A stretch of 64,000 bases of DNA from a virus: the IMG/VR virus record IMGVR_UViG_3300043427_002369, positions 1 through 64,000 of that record; one strand, 5' to 3'. The position numbers were made by a program, and so were the translations under genes. Shown one piece after another: positions 14,901 to 25,544 of this stretch. Position 1 is the stretch's first letter; every line of letters begins with the position of its first letter. The notes below the pieces were generated by a model, which was not told the DNA's origin, did no database searches, and worked only from the letters and a program-made list of their open reading frames with translations.

Positions 14901-17900
14901 TCATGGGTATCAAACTGGAGAAAAACTAGTATATTCAACAACAGGATCTCCTATTGTTGGTTTAGCAACAACATCCGAATACTTAGCTTATAAAGTCAAT
15001 GAAGATCAATTTAAACTTTGCGAAATTAATAACCAGTCTGAAGATAAAAACTTCTATTTGAGAACAGAACAATTTGTTAATTTTACTGAAACCGGATCTG
15101 GAAATCATATTTTTAATTATCCTCCAATTTCAGTTAAAGTTATTGGATCATTTAAAAATAAAAATTTAAGCCCATCATTACTGGAAGCGCAAATTGTACC
15201 AGCATTTCGAGGATCTATAACTTCAGTTTTTGTTGAAAGTGGTGGAGTTGGTTATGGTTCTTCTGACATTATTAACTACAATAGGCAGCCAGATTTTGTT
15301 CTAGAAAATGGAACTGGTGCCGAATTAAGACCTATTATTTCTCAAGGAAAAATAAGTGAAGTTTTAATTGTAAATGGTGGATCTCAATACACTGCGCTTC
15401 CGATAATTGAAGTTGTTGGATCGGGAACTGGAGCTAAATTACTGCCAATTATATCAAATGGAAGTATAGTTGATATTGAAATAGTTTCTTCCGGTATCAA
15501 TTATGACTCCGATGCAACAATTTTAAATGTCAATTCTGCTGGATCTGGGGCTAATTTTGAATTTTCTATTCAATCTTGGAATGTTAATTCTGTCGAAAGG
15601 TCAATTCAGAATGGTAATATTTTAACCAGTGATATTTTCCTTTATGACACTAAGAATGAGTATGATGAGAGAATGACTCAAATCACTCATTTATACGCAC
15701 CTAGAAAACTTCGTGAAAATCTTATTGTTTCCAAGGAAGAAGGTGGTCAAATTTTCTACAGAAAGGATATTGAAAATGATACTAGATTGGATGATTATTA
15801 TCACTCTCCTATAATTGGTTGGGCATATGATGGAAATCCAATTTATGGACCATTTGGATATGAAAATCCAGATGGATCTGGATTGACTAAGAAGATGAAG
15901 ACTGGATATGGTTTAAATATCAGTAAACCAAATAGACCAAGTATAAACCTTTTCCCTGCTGGATTTTTTGTTGAAGACTATGATTATATTGGTAATGGAG
16001 ATCTAGACGAATATAATGGAAGATTTTGCGCTACTCCAGAATTTCCAAATGGAACTTATGCATACTTTGCAACACTTGGAGAATTTGATAATGTATTCAG
16101 TAGAGATTATTTGCGCCCAACCTTCCCATATTTAATAGGAAACTATTATAAATCAACTCCGATTGAATTTAATTTTGATGCTGATAATACTCAAAACACG
16201 TTAGTATTTGAAAATATTAATTTAATTAGAAATACTACACCATATGGGATAATTTCTAAAAACAGTTCTTACAGTTATGCCTTTAATCCAATAGATTATG
16301 AGGAACAACTTAATAAAATAACTAGAGTTGGTAATGGAAAAATTGATAATATTAATATTATTTCAGGTGGAGAAAATTATAAAGTAGGAGATAAAATCAC
16401 ACTTTCTGAGGATGAATTTGGAAACAAATCTTATGCTGAAATTACAAAGATTAAGGGTGTCGGAATATCTTCAATTTCAGTAACCTTTAATGAAATTCCA
16501 TATGTTGAATTTGGATCTTCTAGAGACTTTAAAACTATTGTTGGGGTAGCTTCAACTCCACATCAATTAAAAGATCAGGATGTTATTAATATTATAGGAT
16601 TAAATGAGATATTTACAAATAGACAAAAAAATGTAACATCAAGAATAAATGTTTTTACAAATCAATTGTCTATAACAAAAAATGTTGAGCCAAGTTCTGT
16701 TACTGGTATAATAACAACATTTCAAGTTAGTGGTAATCTGAATGATTATGCTATTAAGCCAAATGACATTTATATTTCTCAAGAAGGAGAAGAGATTAAA
16801 ATACTGAATATTGACCTATCCTCATCTTCTATAAGAGTTAAAAGAGGAGTTGGATTATCAACATATTATTCTGGATCAACTTTAACAGAAAAACCAAGAA
16901 GATTTGAAGTTAGCGCCGTGGAAGCTTCATCTTCAGATAATTTAAATGGTAAAATTTATCCCACTAATAGGGAACTATATTTTAATCCATCAAACTCTGT
17001 TGGTCTTGGAACAGTTGGATTAAGCACTACCATTTTCCTTAATATAGTTCCTTTAAATTATCAAGTTTCAATTGACACCGAAGCAGAAGTTATTATTGGT
17101 GTTACTACAGTTTTAAGAACGGGATTGATTTTCAATAACCCATTGAATGCTGGACAATTTAAAATTGGCGATTATATCAATTTGGTTGGATCTTCTGACC
17201 TTAGTTTTAATGCAGTTCAAAAGGCAAAAGTTCTTAATGTAGGCATTGGATCGATTGTTGTTGATTATGATTCAACCGCACTATCTGGAATTGGAGTAAC
17301 TTCTTTTGTTACTAAATGGGAAGTTAGTGAAATTGGAATACAATCATTGTATCTACCAAATCACAACTTAAAAACTGGTGAAAAAATTACCTATTATGCA
17401 AATTCAGGAACACCCTTAGGAGTTTCTACAGATAAAATATCTTCTTCTTCATTATCTGATGGTAATGAGTTTTATGTTTCTAGTCTTGATCATGATCACA
17501 TTGGAATTTCCACAGTAATAGTCGGATTGACGACATCTGGAGAATATTTAAATCCACTTAGTGGGCAAGGATTGCTATATTTTACTTCTTTGGGAAGTGG
17601 TTCTTATCATAGCTTTAAAACAAATTATAATGTCCAAAGTGGTAAAGTTATTAAAAATGTTGCAAGATTAGCAACTACTAAATCCCCATCATTATTCTTT
17701 AATGAAAATATTGAAGTTTCTAATGTACCAAAAACAAATAGAACCATTGGTGTAAAGTATAATAAAGAAAATAGAAGATTAGTTGTAAATCCAAAGTCCT
17801 TTACCGTTATTGATGTAGATACAAATTCTAGTTCTATTTTTATCCCAGATCACAGATATTCTACTGGTGATAAAATTATCCATACGACTGAAGATTTATC

Positions 17901-20900
17901 TTCTTTATTAGTAAATAATCAAATATACTACGTTGTCGTTGTTGATATTAATAATATTAAATTATCCGAAACATATTATGAAGCAATTTCATTAAATCCA
18001 AATATAGTAAGTATTAATACTGCTTCATATGGACAGTTTTCTTTAGTCAACCCTTCTATAAAATTATATAGAAATGAGACTATTAGATTTGATTTAACCG
18101 ACAAATCATTGTCATTCATTAATGACGAAATCACTTACTCTGCATTTAGATTTAATCTATATAAAGATTCTAATTTTACAGAAAGATTTACTAAAACTGA
18201 AGAGGATACTTTCTTTAGTGTGAGGAAGATAGGGGATGTGGGAATTACAAATAATGCTGCTGTGGAATTGAGGATTAGTGATAAGACACCTTCTAGATTG
18301 TATTATAGATTTGAATTAGATAATATTAACTATAATGTACCAAATAATCAGTTAGAATATATTATAGACGATGAAAATATTACCAATAGTAGCACTCTTC
18401 TAATCGAAGATAGTGTTTATAGTGGAAATTATAATGTTTATAATGTTGGTAATAATTTTATAGAATATATTCTTGAAGAAAGACCTGAAAAAAGCGTATA
18501 CTCTAATTTAGAATCATCTATCTCATATATTACAGATTCTTATTCTACTCTAGGTGAGATAGATGATGTTAAGGTTTTATCAAAAGATAGGAAATATAGA
18601 GTTCTTCCAGGAATTACTTCAGTTTCGACTAAAACTGGATCGGGTGCTATATTATTCCCATATAGTAAGGATATTGGATCTGCTAAAAAGGTAAAAATTG
18701 AAAATATTGGATTTGACTACAGTTCCGACTATAGTTTGAGACCTACTGGAAACCTCCCTCAAATTATTCAAGTAGAGCCATTAAGTATCTTTAAAGATAT
18801 CAAGGTTACTTCTATTGGTAAAAATTACACAATTATTCCGACAATAATTGTTTTGGATGGATTAACTAAAGTTCAAGACAAACAGGCGGAGTTGAAGTTT
18901 TCCCCTGAAGAATCTTTGATTGAAATAATCCAAAATAGTTCAGGTCTTTATAATAAAACACCATATCTGATTCCTATTAATAATTCCAACGGATTTACTG
19001 TAAGTCCAGGATCGGTATCCTTTAACGAGGAAACCAAACTATTGACATTAACATTTAACACTTCTTTCAATAGCTTGGTAGATTTTCCTTTTTCTATTGG
19101 CAGTAAAGTTTTACTCGAAAACTTTAAAGTTAGCTCTACTTTCTTGAACGAATCTGGAGATCTTGAAGAGGCAACTAATGTCAGAGGACTTAATTCTGAA
19201 GATTATGGATATGCATTATTTGAAATTTATCTATCTTCTGCAGCAGTAGGTGGAAGTGGTGCATCTATTACAATTGATATGACACCATATTTAAATGATG
19301 ATGAAATTCCCGGAATATACTCTCCAGTTAATTCTCTTGGATATGTTGTCCCTGAGAGTTATTTCCCAACTTTTGAAATTACCCTACAAAAAAATAATTT
19401 TATTTTGGGAGAAGAAGTTATTACGACAAGTGGATATACTGGTATTGTAGAATACTGGGATAATGAAAATGAATTTGTAAGTGTTCTTTCGGATGATAAG
19501 TTTGTAAGCGGCGATAAAATTACGGGTAAAACATCAAACTTGAGTGGAATTGTCGGAAAAGTCGAATTTTTTGATGCAGAGTATAGCACCAATTCTTTCT
19601 CTGTAGTTCAAAGAGGTTGGGATACTAATATTGGATTTTTAAACGATAGTATTCAAAGAATACACGATAGTGATTATTATCAATATTTCTCTTATGTTCT
19701 TAAATCTAAAACTCAATTTTCTGAGTGGAATGATCCTGTAAGTAGCCTTAATCATACCGTAGGATTCAAAAAATTTGGGACATTATCTATAGAATCTTTA
19801 ACACCATCTGTTGGTGCTGCCACCACGGTTTCTTATTCTGAGTTAAATTCTGTTTCCGATTTATTTGAAGTTATTGATCTTAATTCATATCACGATTTTG
19901 ATATGGTTTCCGAAAATGCGTATAATCTGGGTGGAAGAATAGTATCTGACCAAATAATATTCAATACCCGCGAAATACAAGACTATTCAGAATCTATTGG
20001 AAATAGAGTACTGATGATAGATGATTTTAGTAATCAATTTAACAATATTCCAAGAGCAGAAAGATTTTCAATCGTTGACAAATTCCCAATTTATCAAAAT
20101 AGGCATAGAAAATACTTTGCTTATGTTAAAGATAAACTCTTCTTTAATGAAAGGCAATTCTCCATAATTTCTTTAATACACGATGATTTGAATGGATTTG
20201 TAAATCAATATGGAAGATTGGAAACTTACAATGAACTTGGAACGTTTGATTTTGTAATTAATGGTGACGAGGGTCAAGTTCAATTTAAACCTTTTGACTA
20301 TGAATTCAATGATTTTGATATAGATTTAGTTTCTTATACTCTATTTGATACTTTTGTTGGTCTGGGAAGCACAACAGTTACAAACTACAATATTGGAACT
20401 ATTGCTAATCTTTCCAATAATGTTGGTGTTCTTCCTGAAAATTCAACAAATGCCGTTACTGTTGCAACTATTCCCATTTCATATAGATCTTCTAAAATTA
20501 TTTTAACTTCTAATAGTTTAAATGGGTCATATAGAGAGTCTACTGAATTAAATATTATTCACGACGGAACCAACGTATATATTACTGAATATGGAAAGTT
20601 ATTTACTAAGAATATTAACCCCCCAGTTGGATTAGCAACATATTCTGCGTATATACAAGGTTCAAATATAATTTTAGATCTTGTTCCATATGTTGGATAT
20701 GGGTCTACAGTAGAAGTTAATGTTTTTAAACTATCAGTAAGGGATGAAAATGCAACATCTGGAGGTGTTTTATCTGAAAATAATGCCAGATTAGAAACTG
20801 GATTTATTAATATTCCTTCCGGAAATGTTGGGGTTGCGATTACTTTCCACAATTATTCCTATGAGTATGGTGGTGGATATTATTATATGTCAATTCAAGA

Positions 20901-23900
20901 CAACTCTACCTTTAGATACCAATCCCTAGAACTTTCTACATTAAATAATCAAACTGATGTTTATCATACACAATTTGGATCTATAATTACCGACGATTCT
21001 TTAGTTGGACTGGGAACTTTTTCCACACAAATAATCGGAAGACGAGTTTATCTATCGTTTATACCTTCAGTAAATGCAAATATTTCTATAAGATTCTATT
21101 ATAATGGAATTAAAACAATTACTGAAACAGATATTCCGCCAAATGAGGTTGTTCTTGATTTAAATGAAGCTCAAATTGTAAGTTTTAATTCTGATTATAT
21201 TGGAACTGAAAATTCTATAAAGAGATCTTTTGATTTGTTCCATAAAAAACTTCCTATTATGAAGAGAACCTTCAGAGGAAATAATTCTTCTGGAGTTAAT
21301 TTATCTGCCGACAGGGTAAACATTCCAAATCACTATTTTTCAACTGGCGAAGAAGTTGTGTATGATTTTGGTGCAGATGAACCTATTGGAATAGCAACAA
21401 CAACTATTGCTGGTATTGGTATTACTGATCAATTGCCATCTAATCTTTACATTATAAAAGTTAATGATCTTTCAGTAAGAGTTGCTGCATCAGCATCGGA
21501 AGCTTTAAAAGCAAATCCAGAATATTTAAAATTAACATCTTATGGAGTAGGTTCCCAGCATTCATTCACTGGAAAGAAAGGGAATAGTAGATCATTGATT
21601 ACGATTGATAATATGATCCAGTCTCCTATCGTATCAGCAGGAAAAACTACATCCTTAAGCGCAAATGTTGCTTTAAAGGAAATAAGAGTGAAAGTTAATG
21701 ACCCAAGTATTTTTATTGCTGGTGATATATTTAAAGTTGATGATGAGATTATGAGAGTTAAATCCGTGGGATTTGGTTCTACTAACACTTTACTTGTTAA
21801 TAGATTTTGGATGGGAACTCTTCCAGGTATTCATAGCACTGGGGCTATATGCGAAAGACTGAAGGGAGATTATAATATTATAGGTAATAAGATTAATTTC
21901 TATGATGCTCCTTATGGAAAAGTTCCAGTAGTTGCAGAAAATCCAAGATATGATGAGGTTGATTATATTGGAATTCAAACCAGTTCTTCTTTCTCAGGTA
22001 GAATATTTAATAAATCAGGAACAACAAATAGCTCTTCAGTGACTTATAGTGATAATATTTTATTAGATGATTTATCAAATGAGTTTACTGGAATAGCAAC
22101 AATATTTACCCTTAATGAAAATGGAACTCCAGTTAGTGGAATTTCAACATCCAATTTATTTGTCTTGATTAAAGATATCCTACAGATTCCAAATAATGAA
22201 CTTAGGACAAATAATGGTGCATTTGAACTAGGATCAAATCTAAGTGGTCAAACTACAATCGTTTTCAATAAAGATCCCGAAAAAGATTTTTCTAATATAG
22301 ATGATATCAATACTACAAATATTCCTTCAGGTGGTATTATACTGAGTGTTGGATCCACATTTGGTGGAGGATATCAACCAATAAAAACTGCTGGAGGTAT
22401 AGCACAGGTTAATAATAGTGGCCAAATTTCTTCGATCTCAATAGGATTTTCTGGATCAGGATATAGAGTATCCGGTGAAAAGGAAATAATAGTATCCAGT
22501 GCATCAACAGTTTCTATTGGAACTAATATTATTCCAGTTGTTGAAGAGCGAGGATTATTCTCGAAGTTTGCATATTCTGGAGAACCAACTTGTAATGTAG
22601 GAATTGGAACATCTTTATATTCAGTTTCTATTAGTTCTTATAATTCAGTTTTATCGACAATTACAATATCTAGAAATACTGAGGTTGAAATTCCAAAATC
22701 TACACCAATTTCTATCAAATTGAACGAATTGACTGCAGAATTAGTTGATATTGGAGTTAGGACTGAAAGTAATGAAAATTATGAAAAACATTATATTGGA
22801 TTTACAACTGTTGTTGAAGGGCATATTTCAGGTTCATTGAATCTTATAAATCCCGGCATTGCATTTACAAGTTTTTATGATAAGTTCAACACTAATACAT
22901 CAATATCAGTTTCATCTGGATCTACAATATTCTATTTGAATTCTATAAATGATATTTTCGTTGATGACTATATTTCCATCAATTCTTCAGCGTTGTTAAA
23001 AATTGTTGGAATTGGAAATACCTTTGTTTATTCAGAAACTCCTTTTGGTTCCGCAGTTTCTTCAGGAACTAATGTTCTTATTAGAAGATATTCCCCTCCA
23101 GAAGTTGTATTTGATTCTCCAGTTGGATATTCCAATATCCCATTAGTTTATAGCTCTTTATCGGGTTCTAGTGGAATTGGAACTGGTGCTAAGATAAAAA
23201 TTAGTGTAGGTGAGGATGGGGAAGTAATTGATTTTGATATTCAAAATTCTGGATATGGATACAAAAAATCAGATATACTTACAGTTCCAGTAGGAGGATT
23301 GAGTGGAATACCTGCAGATCCTTCACTTACATTTGCTGAATTTAAAATCTTCGTTGACAGTATCTACAACACTAAGTTTTCTGCTTGGTCTATTGGAGAT
23401 TTACTTGTTATTGATAATTTTGATGATTTATTTGATGGAAATAGAAGAGTATTTCCAATTAAAATAAATGGAATACCTAGATCAATTAGAGCAAAAAGAG
23501 GATCTACGCTTGATATTCAGGCAACGTTGATCGTTCTGTATAACGACATACTTCAAGTTCCTGGAGAAGGATATACTTTTAAAGGTGGAAGTATTATTAC
23601 CTTCCCAGAAGCTCCTAAGTATGAAGATAGGGTCTCTATAATCTTCTATAGAGGAAATGAAGAAGTTGATGTTATTGATGTTGATCTTCTAGAGACAGTT
23701 AAAGTTGGTGATGGATTGAGAATTGTAAATGATCAAAAGAAATTTAACGAAGATCAGAGAATAGTATCTGATGTTGTTTCTTCCGACTATGCAAATACAA
23801 ATCCATATTTGGGTAGAGGTATTTCGCAGAATATTGATTTCTTAAGACCAGTAGTATTCTCAAAACAGAATATTGATTTAGTTATTGATGGAGTTAATAT

Positions 23901-25512
23901 CGGTAAAGATAGAAATTGGTATGAAACGACCATTTATCCATCTACAACTGTTATACAGGATATTGGGATTGGTAGTAGCGAAATATACGTTGAGTCTTTA
24001 AAGACATTCTTTGATAATGATGCTGAAAATATTGTTGATAAAGATAAATTCGTAATTAAAATTATTGATCAAACTCCACTTAAGGGCGCAATAGCAACTT
24101 GCCAGGTTTCTTCTGGAAATATTTCATCCATTGATTTAATTGATGGTGGATATGGATACTCTGAGGCACCAAAGGTATTAATTGAAAATTCTCCAGTTTC
24201 TTCTGGAATTGCATATACAATGTCCCTAACTTCAATAATTGATCAATCTGGCATCTCAACAACTGGAGTGACAAGTTCTATTTTAGGGGAAACTATCATT
24301 GGGGTTGAAAGTGATACTATAGCAATTCTTTCCGGAATATCAACTATTGATCCTATTATTTCGTATGTTCCTATTACTCCAACAACATTTATTGTTAGTG
24401 AAGAGATTAGATTTGAAGAATCTGGTTTAAACGCTGAGATTCAATCACTATCAACAAACTCAAGCAATGCAGTTGGTGTTGCAACCATCACTGATGGTGT
24501 TGTAACTGGCATTGATATAGTAAATGCTGGATATGGATATACTTATGGACCTATTAAAAACCTAGAAGTTATTAGTAATGGTTCTGGTTATCCGGAAACT
24601 TTAAACCCATCAAATAGTTCATTCTATAATGCAAGACTTAAAACATCAACCGGAATTGGTTTTGGTGGAATTGTAGATGTTATTATTGAAAAAGATCTTA
24701 TTACTCTATTACCAGTTCTTGACTTTAATAGTGATAATATTAAAAACGGTGGTTCTAACTATAAAGTTGGAGATATTTTAGAAGTAAAAACATTTGATAA
24801 TATTGGAGTTGGACTGACATATAGAAATAAGGTTCTTGATACTCCTATACAATTTAAAGTTACTGAAATAAAAGCACCTTTGGTTATTATCGATGAACCG
24901 TCACCTGAAGTTGAAGTAATTAAAAATGTATCTTTTACTGGAGATTTTGGTGAAGTTGTTGGTATTGGAACAACAGTAGTTGGTATTTCAAGTAATGCAT
25001 TGATCTTTGATCTTTATATTCCTAATGACTCTTATCTAAGAAATTCTATTGTTATTGGAGATACTATAGTTGGTTCTGCTATTACTATAAGCCAATTAAG
25101 TTTTGGTGATTATTTTGTAATTAGTAATTCAAATATTGGATCTGGAGTTATTTCACTAAGAAATGATGGTTCAGTTATTGGGATTTCCACATCCGGTGAT
25201 AATATAAACAATGTTTATCAGGTATATTCTAGTGAAATTTTAGAATTAGACATTGCAACTAGTGGAATAAGAACTTCATATATTAATAGAGTAACATCTT
25301 TTGTTCAATCTTTTGATAGTGATATTATTAACATTTCTTCTTATGACCAAATATATGCAAATTATAGTTGGGGTAAGATAGGAAATCTTATCGATAGAAC
25401 AAATCCTAAAGAATTCAAAACATATCAAGATCAAATTTCTGGAATTGGATCAAATCCAATAATTCAGAGGTTTAAAAACTTAAAATATGTTGGATATAGC
25501 ACAGTATTATAA
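11947..25512 (+). CDS. g7: Giant baseplate wedge initiator/structural protein (gp7-like, 4521 aa)
   Basis: Position between g6 and g8; IKQLKDFYSSKGTDDSFKILFKSLF and RIHDSDYYQYFSY...HTVGFKKFG motifs; YHYH-like domain ~15800-16070; many G.GY beta repeats. Confidence 0.8.
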   Translation: MKKARINISNILKNQLPNFVKEEYPLVEELFSEYYKGQEYQGGILDILQNIDQYIKLDNNTNLTESTNIVSDISFADAVIPVTNTSGFPDRYGLIEIDSEVILYKSKTQNSFVDCVRGFSGITSYDNSLNFEQTIAENHVDGSVVKNLNILFLNEFFNKVKKQFAPGFENRNFFKDTSSKIDLNENVFIKQLKDFYSSKGTDDSFKILFKSLFNDNVEIIRPRDFLIRPSDAQYRVNKELIIEAIEGDPLDLVDTTIFQNPLTINGEDFISYAYGTVNKVETISRKDKTYYAVSLDFDYNKDINLKGSVYGEFVIGAKTFITDKVSEQSTVITVDSTYGFPETNGVLRVTFDDGLISTISYQRKNLNQFIGCSEINREIPQGNSIYLNYYCEGGNTVGNDENPIKFRITGVLSEATTSDDSHYIVEGNRINLRTLGKDIREPSFNNWKFNIAPKYNVKSIIKNNTINNTYLIEVYDEHIFYKGDSVKLISSRPQLVPGTDDLGFSEFFGDVQSVDGKFSFTCAINFDLDTTLVYEVEREINKFNFSYNSSISDSNNNYVTDVQNVYRDSEGSLYVASQSLPTYTNDVLPITDDTIVLSSSVYISEELNQNDPEKIDKILNIGRHTFKTGDAVYYQSGDNNNKLNLSEGIYYVKVVGSLNNPTQIKLSSSRTNIDNNIFLDVSLKNPSLTGSDNKLYKSTNEIIYFQNSLKNSLTSSKFEKFISPKNLIKKINNPLETKEKQLTSPGQTGILVNGVEIVNYKSNDFIYYGSIEDIKIKSPGSDYDIITPPQLNIVDKNGSGASAICHISGSLTRIDILNGGFDYEKTPTIEISGGNGIDAEVSPNMSTFEHSMAFSAKEGTSQINFSSDTITFNVRHKFYDGEEIKYDYTQVPLEGLRKEITYYVGTEDDYSVKLYATYQDSIKKINQIDLNLPNVLGTHYLISVQKKSTIGSINIVRAGTGYSNRKTVTLSQNINIFSNVVNIKNHGYQTGEKLVYSTTGSPIVGLATTSEYLAYKVNEDQFKLCEINNQSEDKNFYLRTEQFVNFTETGSGNHIFNYPPISVKVIGSFKNKNLSPSLLEAQIVPAFRGSITSVFVESGGVGYGSSDIINYNRQPDFVLENGTGAELRPIISQGKISEVLIVNGGSQYTALPIIEVVGSGTGAKLLPIISNGSIVDIEIVSSGINYDSDATILNVNSAGSGANFEFSIQSWNVNSVERSIQNGNILTSDIFLYDTKNEYDERMTQITHLYAPRKLRENLIVSKEEGGQIFYRKDIENDTRLDDYYHSPIIGWAYDGNPIYGPFGYENPDGSGLTKKMKTGYGLNISKPNRPSINLFPAGFFVEDYDYIGNGDLDEYNGRFCATPEFPNGTYAYFATLGEFDNVFSRDYLRPTFPYLIGNYYKSTPIEFNFDADNTQNTLVFENINLIRNTTPYGIISKNSSYSYAFNPIDYEEQLNKITRVGNGKIDNINIISGGENYKVGDKITLSEDEFGNKSYAEITKIKGVGISSISVTFNEIPYVEFGSSRDFKTIVGVASTPHQLKDQDVINIIGLNEIFTNRQKNVTSRINVFTNQLSITKNVEPSSVTGIITTFQVSGNLNDYAIKPNDIYISQEGEEIKILNIDLSSSSIRVKRGVGLSTYYSGSTLTEKPRRFEVSAVEASSSDNLNGKIYPTNRELYFNPSNSVGLGTVGLSTTIFLNIVPLNYQVSIDTEAEVIIGVTTVLRTGLIFNNPLNAGQFKIGDYINLVGSSDLSFNAVQKAKVLNVGIGSIVVDYDSTALSGIGVTSFVTKWEVSEIGIQSLYLPNHNLKTGEKITYYANSGTPLGVSTDKISSSSLSDGNEFYVSSLDHDHIGISTVIVGLTTSGEYLNPLSGQGLLYFTSLGSGSYHSFKTNYNVQSGKVIKNVARLATTKSPSLFFNENIEVSNVPKTNRTIGVKYNKENRRLVVNPKSFTVIDVDTNSSSIFIPDHRYSTGDKIIHTTEDLSSLLVNNQIYYVVVVDINNIKLSETYYEAISLNPNIVSINTASYGQFSLVNPSIKLYRNETIRFDLTDKSLSFINDEITYSAFRFNLYKDSNFTERFTKTEEDTFFSVRKIGDVGITNNAAVELRISDKTPSRLYYRFELDNINYNVPNNQLEYIIDDENITNSSTLLIEDSVYSGNYNVYNVGNNFIEYILEERPEKSVYSNLESSISYITDSYSTLGEIDDVKVLSKDRKYRVLPGITSVSTKTGSGAILFPYSKDIGSAKKVKIENIGFDYSSDYSLRPTGNLPQIIQVEPLSIFKDIKVTSIGKNYTIIPTIIVLDGLTKVQDKQAELKFSPEESLIEIIQNSSGLYNKTPYLIPINNSNGFTVSPGSVSFNEETKLLTLTFNTSFNSLVDFPFSIGSKVLLENFKVSSTFLNESGDLEEATNVRGLNSEDYGYALFEIYLSSAAVGGSGASITIDMTPYLNDDEIPGIYSPVNSLGYVVPESYFPTFEITLQKNNFILGEEVITTSGYTGIVEYWDNENEFVSVLSDDKFVSGDKITGKTSNLSGIVGKVEFFDAEYSTNSFSVVQRGWDTNIGFLNDSIQRIHDSDYYQYFSYVLKSKTQFSEWNDPVSSLNHTVGFKKFGTLSIESLTPSVGAATTVSYSELNSVSDLFEVIDLNSYHDFDMVSENAYNLGGRIVSDQIIFNTREIQDYSESIGNRVLMIDDFSNQFNNIPRAERFSIVDKFPIYQNRHRKYFAYVKDKLFFNERQFSIISLIHDDLNGFVNQYGRLETYNELGTFDFVINGDEGQVQFKPFDYEFNDFDIDLVSYTLFDTFVGLGSTTVTNYNIGTIANLSNNVGVLPENSTNAVTVATIPISYRSSKIILTSNSLNGSYRESTELNIIHDGTNVYITEYGKLFTKNINPPVGLATYSAYIQGSNIILDLVPYVGYGSTVEVNVFKLSVRDENATSGGVLSENNARLETGFINIPSGNVGVAITFHNYSYEYGGGYYYMSIQDNSTFRYQSLELSTLNNQTDVYHTQFGSIITDDSLVGLGTFSTQIIGRRVYLSFIPSVNANISIRFYYNGIKTITETDIPPNEVVLDLNEAQIVSFNSDYIGTENSIKRSFDLFHKKLPIMKRTFRGNNSSGVNLSADRVNIPNHYFSTGEEVVYDFGADEPIGIATTTIAGIGITDQLPSNLYIIKVNDLSVRVAASASEALKANPEYLKLTSYGVGSQHSFTGKKGNSRSLITIDNMIQSPIVSAGKTTSLSANVALKEIRVKVNDPSIFIAGDIFKVDDEIMRVKSVGFGSTNTLLVNRFWMGTLPGIHSTGAICERLKGDYNIIGNKINFYDAPYGKVPVVAENPRYDEVDYIGIQTSSSFSGRIFNKSGTTNSSSVTYSDNILLDDLSNEFTGIATIFTLNENGTPVSGISTSNLFVLIKDILQIPNNELRTNNGAFELGSNLSGQTTIVFNKDPEKDFSNIDDINTTNIPSGGIILSVGSTFGGGYQPIKTAGGIAQVNNSGQISSISIGFSGSGYRVSGEKEIIVSSASTVSIGTNIIPVVEERGLFSKFAYSGEPTCNVGIGTSLYSVSISSYNSVLSTITISRNTEVEIPKSTPISIKLNELTAELVDIGVRTESNENYEKHYIGFTTVVEGHISGSLNLINPGIAFTSFYDKFNTNTSISVSSGSTIFYLNSINDIFVDDYISINSSALLKIVGIGNTFVYSETPFGSAVSSGTNVLIRRYSPPEVVFDSPVGYSNIPLVYSSLSGSSGIGTGAKIKISVGEDGEVIDFDIQNSGYGYKKSDILTVPVGGLSGIPADPSLTFAEFKIFVDSIYNTKFSAWSIGDLLVIDNFDDLFDGNRRVFPIKINGIPRSIRAKRGSTLDIQATLIVLYNDILQVPGEGYTFKGGSIITFPEAPKYEDRVSIIFYRGNEEVDVIDVDLLETVKVGDGLRIVNDQKKFNEDQRIVSDVVSSDYANTNPYLGRGISQNIDFLRPVVFSKQNIDLVIDGVNIGKDRNWYETTIYPSTTVIQDIGIGSSEIYVESLKTFFDNDAENIVDKDKFVIKIIDQTPLKGAIATCQVSSGNISSIDLIDGGYGYSEAPKVLIENSPVSSGIAYTMSLTSIIDQSGISTTGVTSSILGETIIGVESDTIAILSGISTIDPIISYVPITPTTFIVSEEIRFEESGLNAEIQSLSTNSSNAVGVATITDGVVTGIDIVNAGYGYTYGPIKNLEVISNGSGYPETLNPSNSSFYNARLKTSTGIGFGGIVDVIIEKDLITLLPVLDFNSDNIKNGGSNYKVGDILEVKTFDNIGVGLTYRNKVLDTPIQFKVTEIKAPLVIIDEPSPEVEVIKNVSFTGDFGEVVGIGTTVVGISSNALIFDLYIPNDSYLRNSIVIGDTIVGSAITISQLSFGDYFVISNSNIGSGVISLRNDGSVIGISTSGDNINNVYQVYSSEILELDIATSGIRTSYINRVTSFVQSFDSDIINISSYDQIYANYSWGKIGNLIDRTNPKEFKTYQDQISGIGSNPIIQRFKNLKYVGYSTVL

Positions 25513-25520
25513 ATTCACAG

Positions 25521-25528
25521 TATAAATA
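25521..25528 (+). promoter_or_regulatory. T4-type late promoter TATAAATA
   Basis: Exact consensus upstream of g8. Confidence 0.75.
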
Positions 25529-25544
25529 ATCAAAAAAATAAAAA

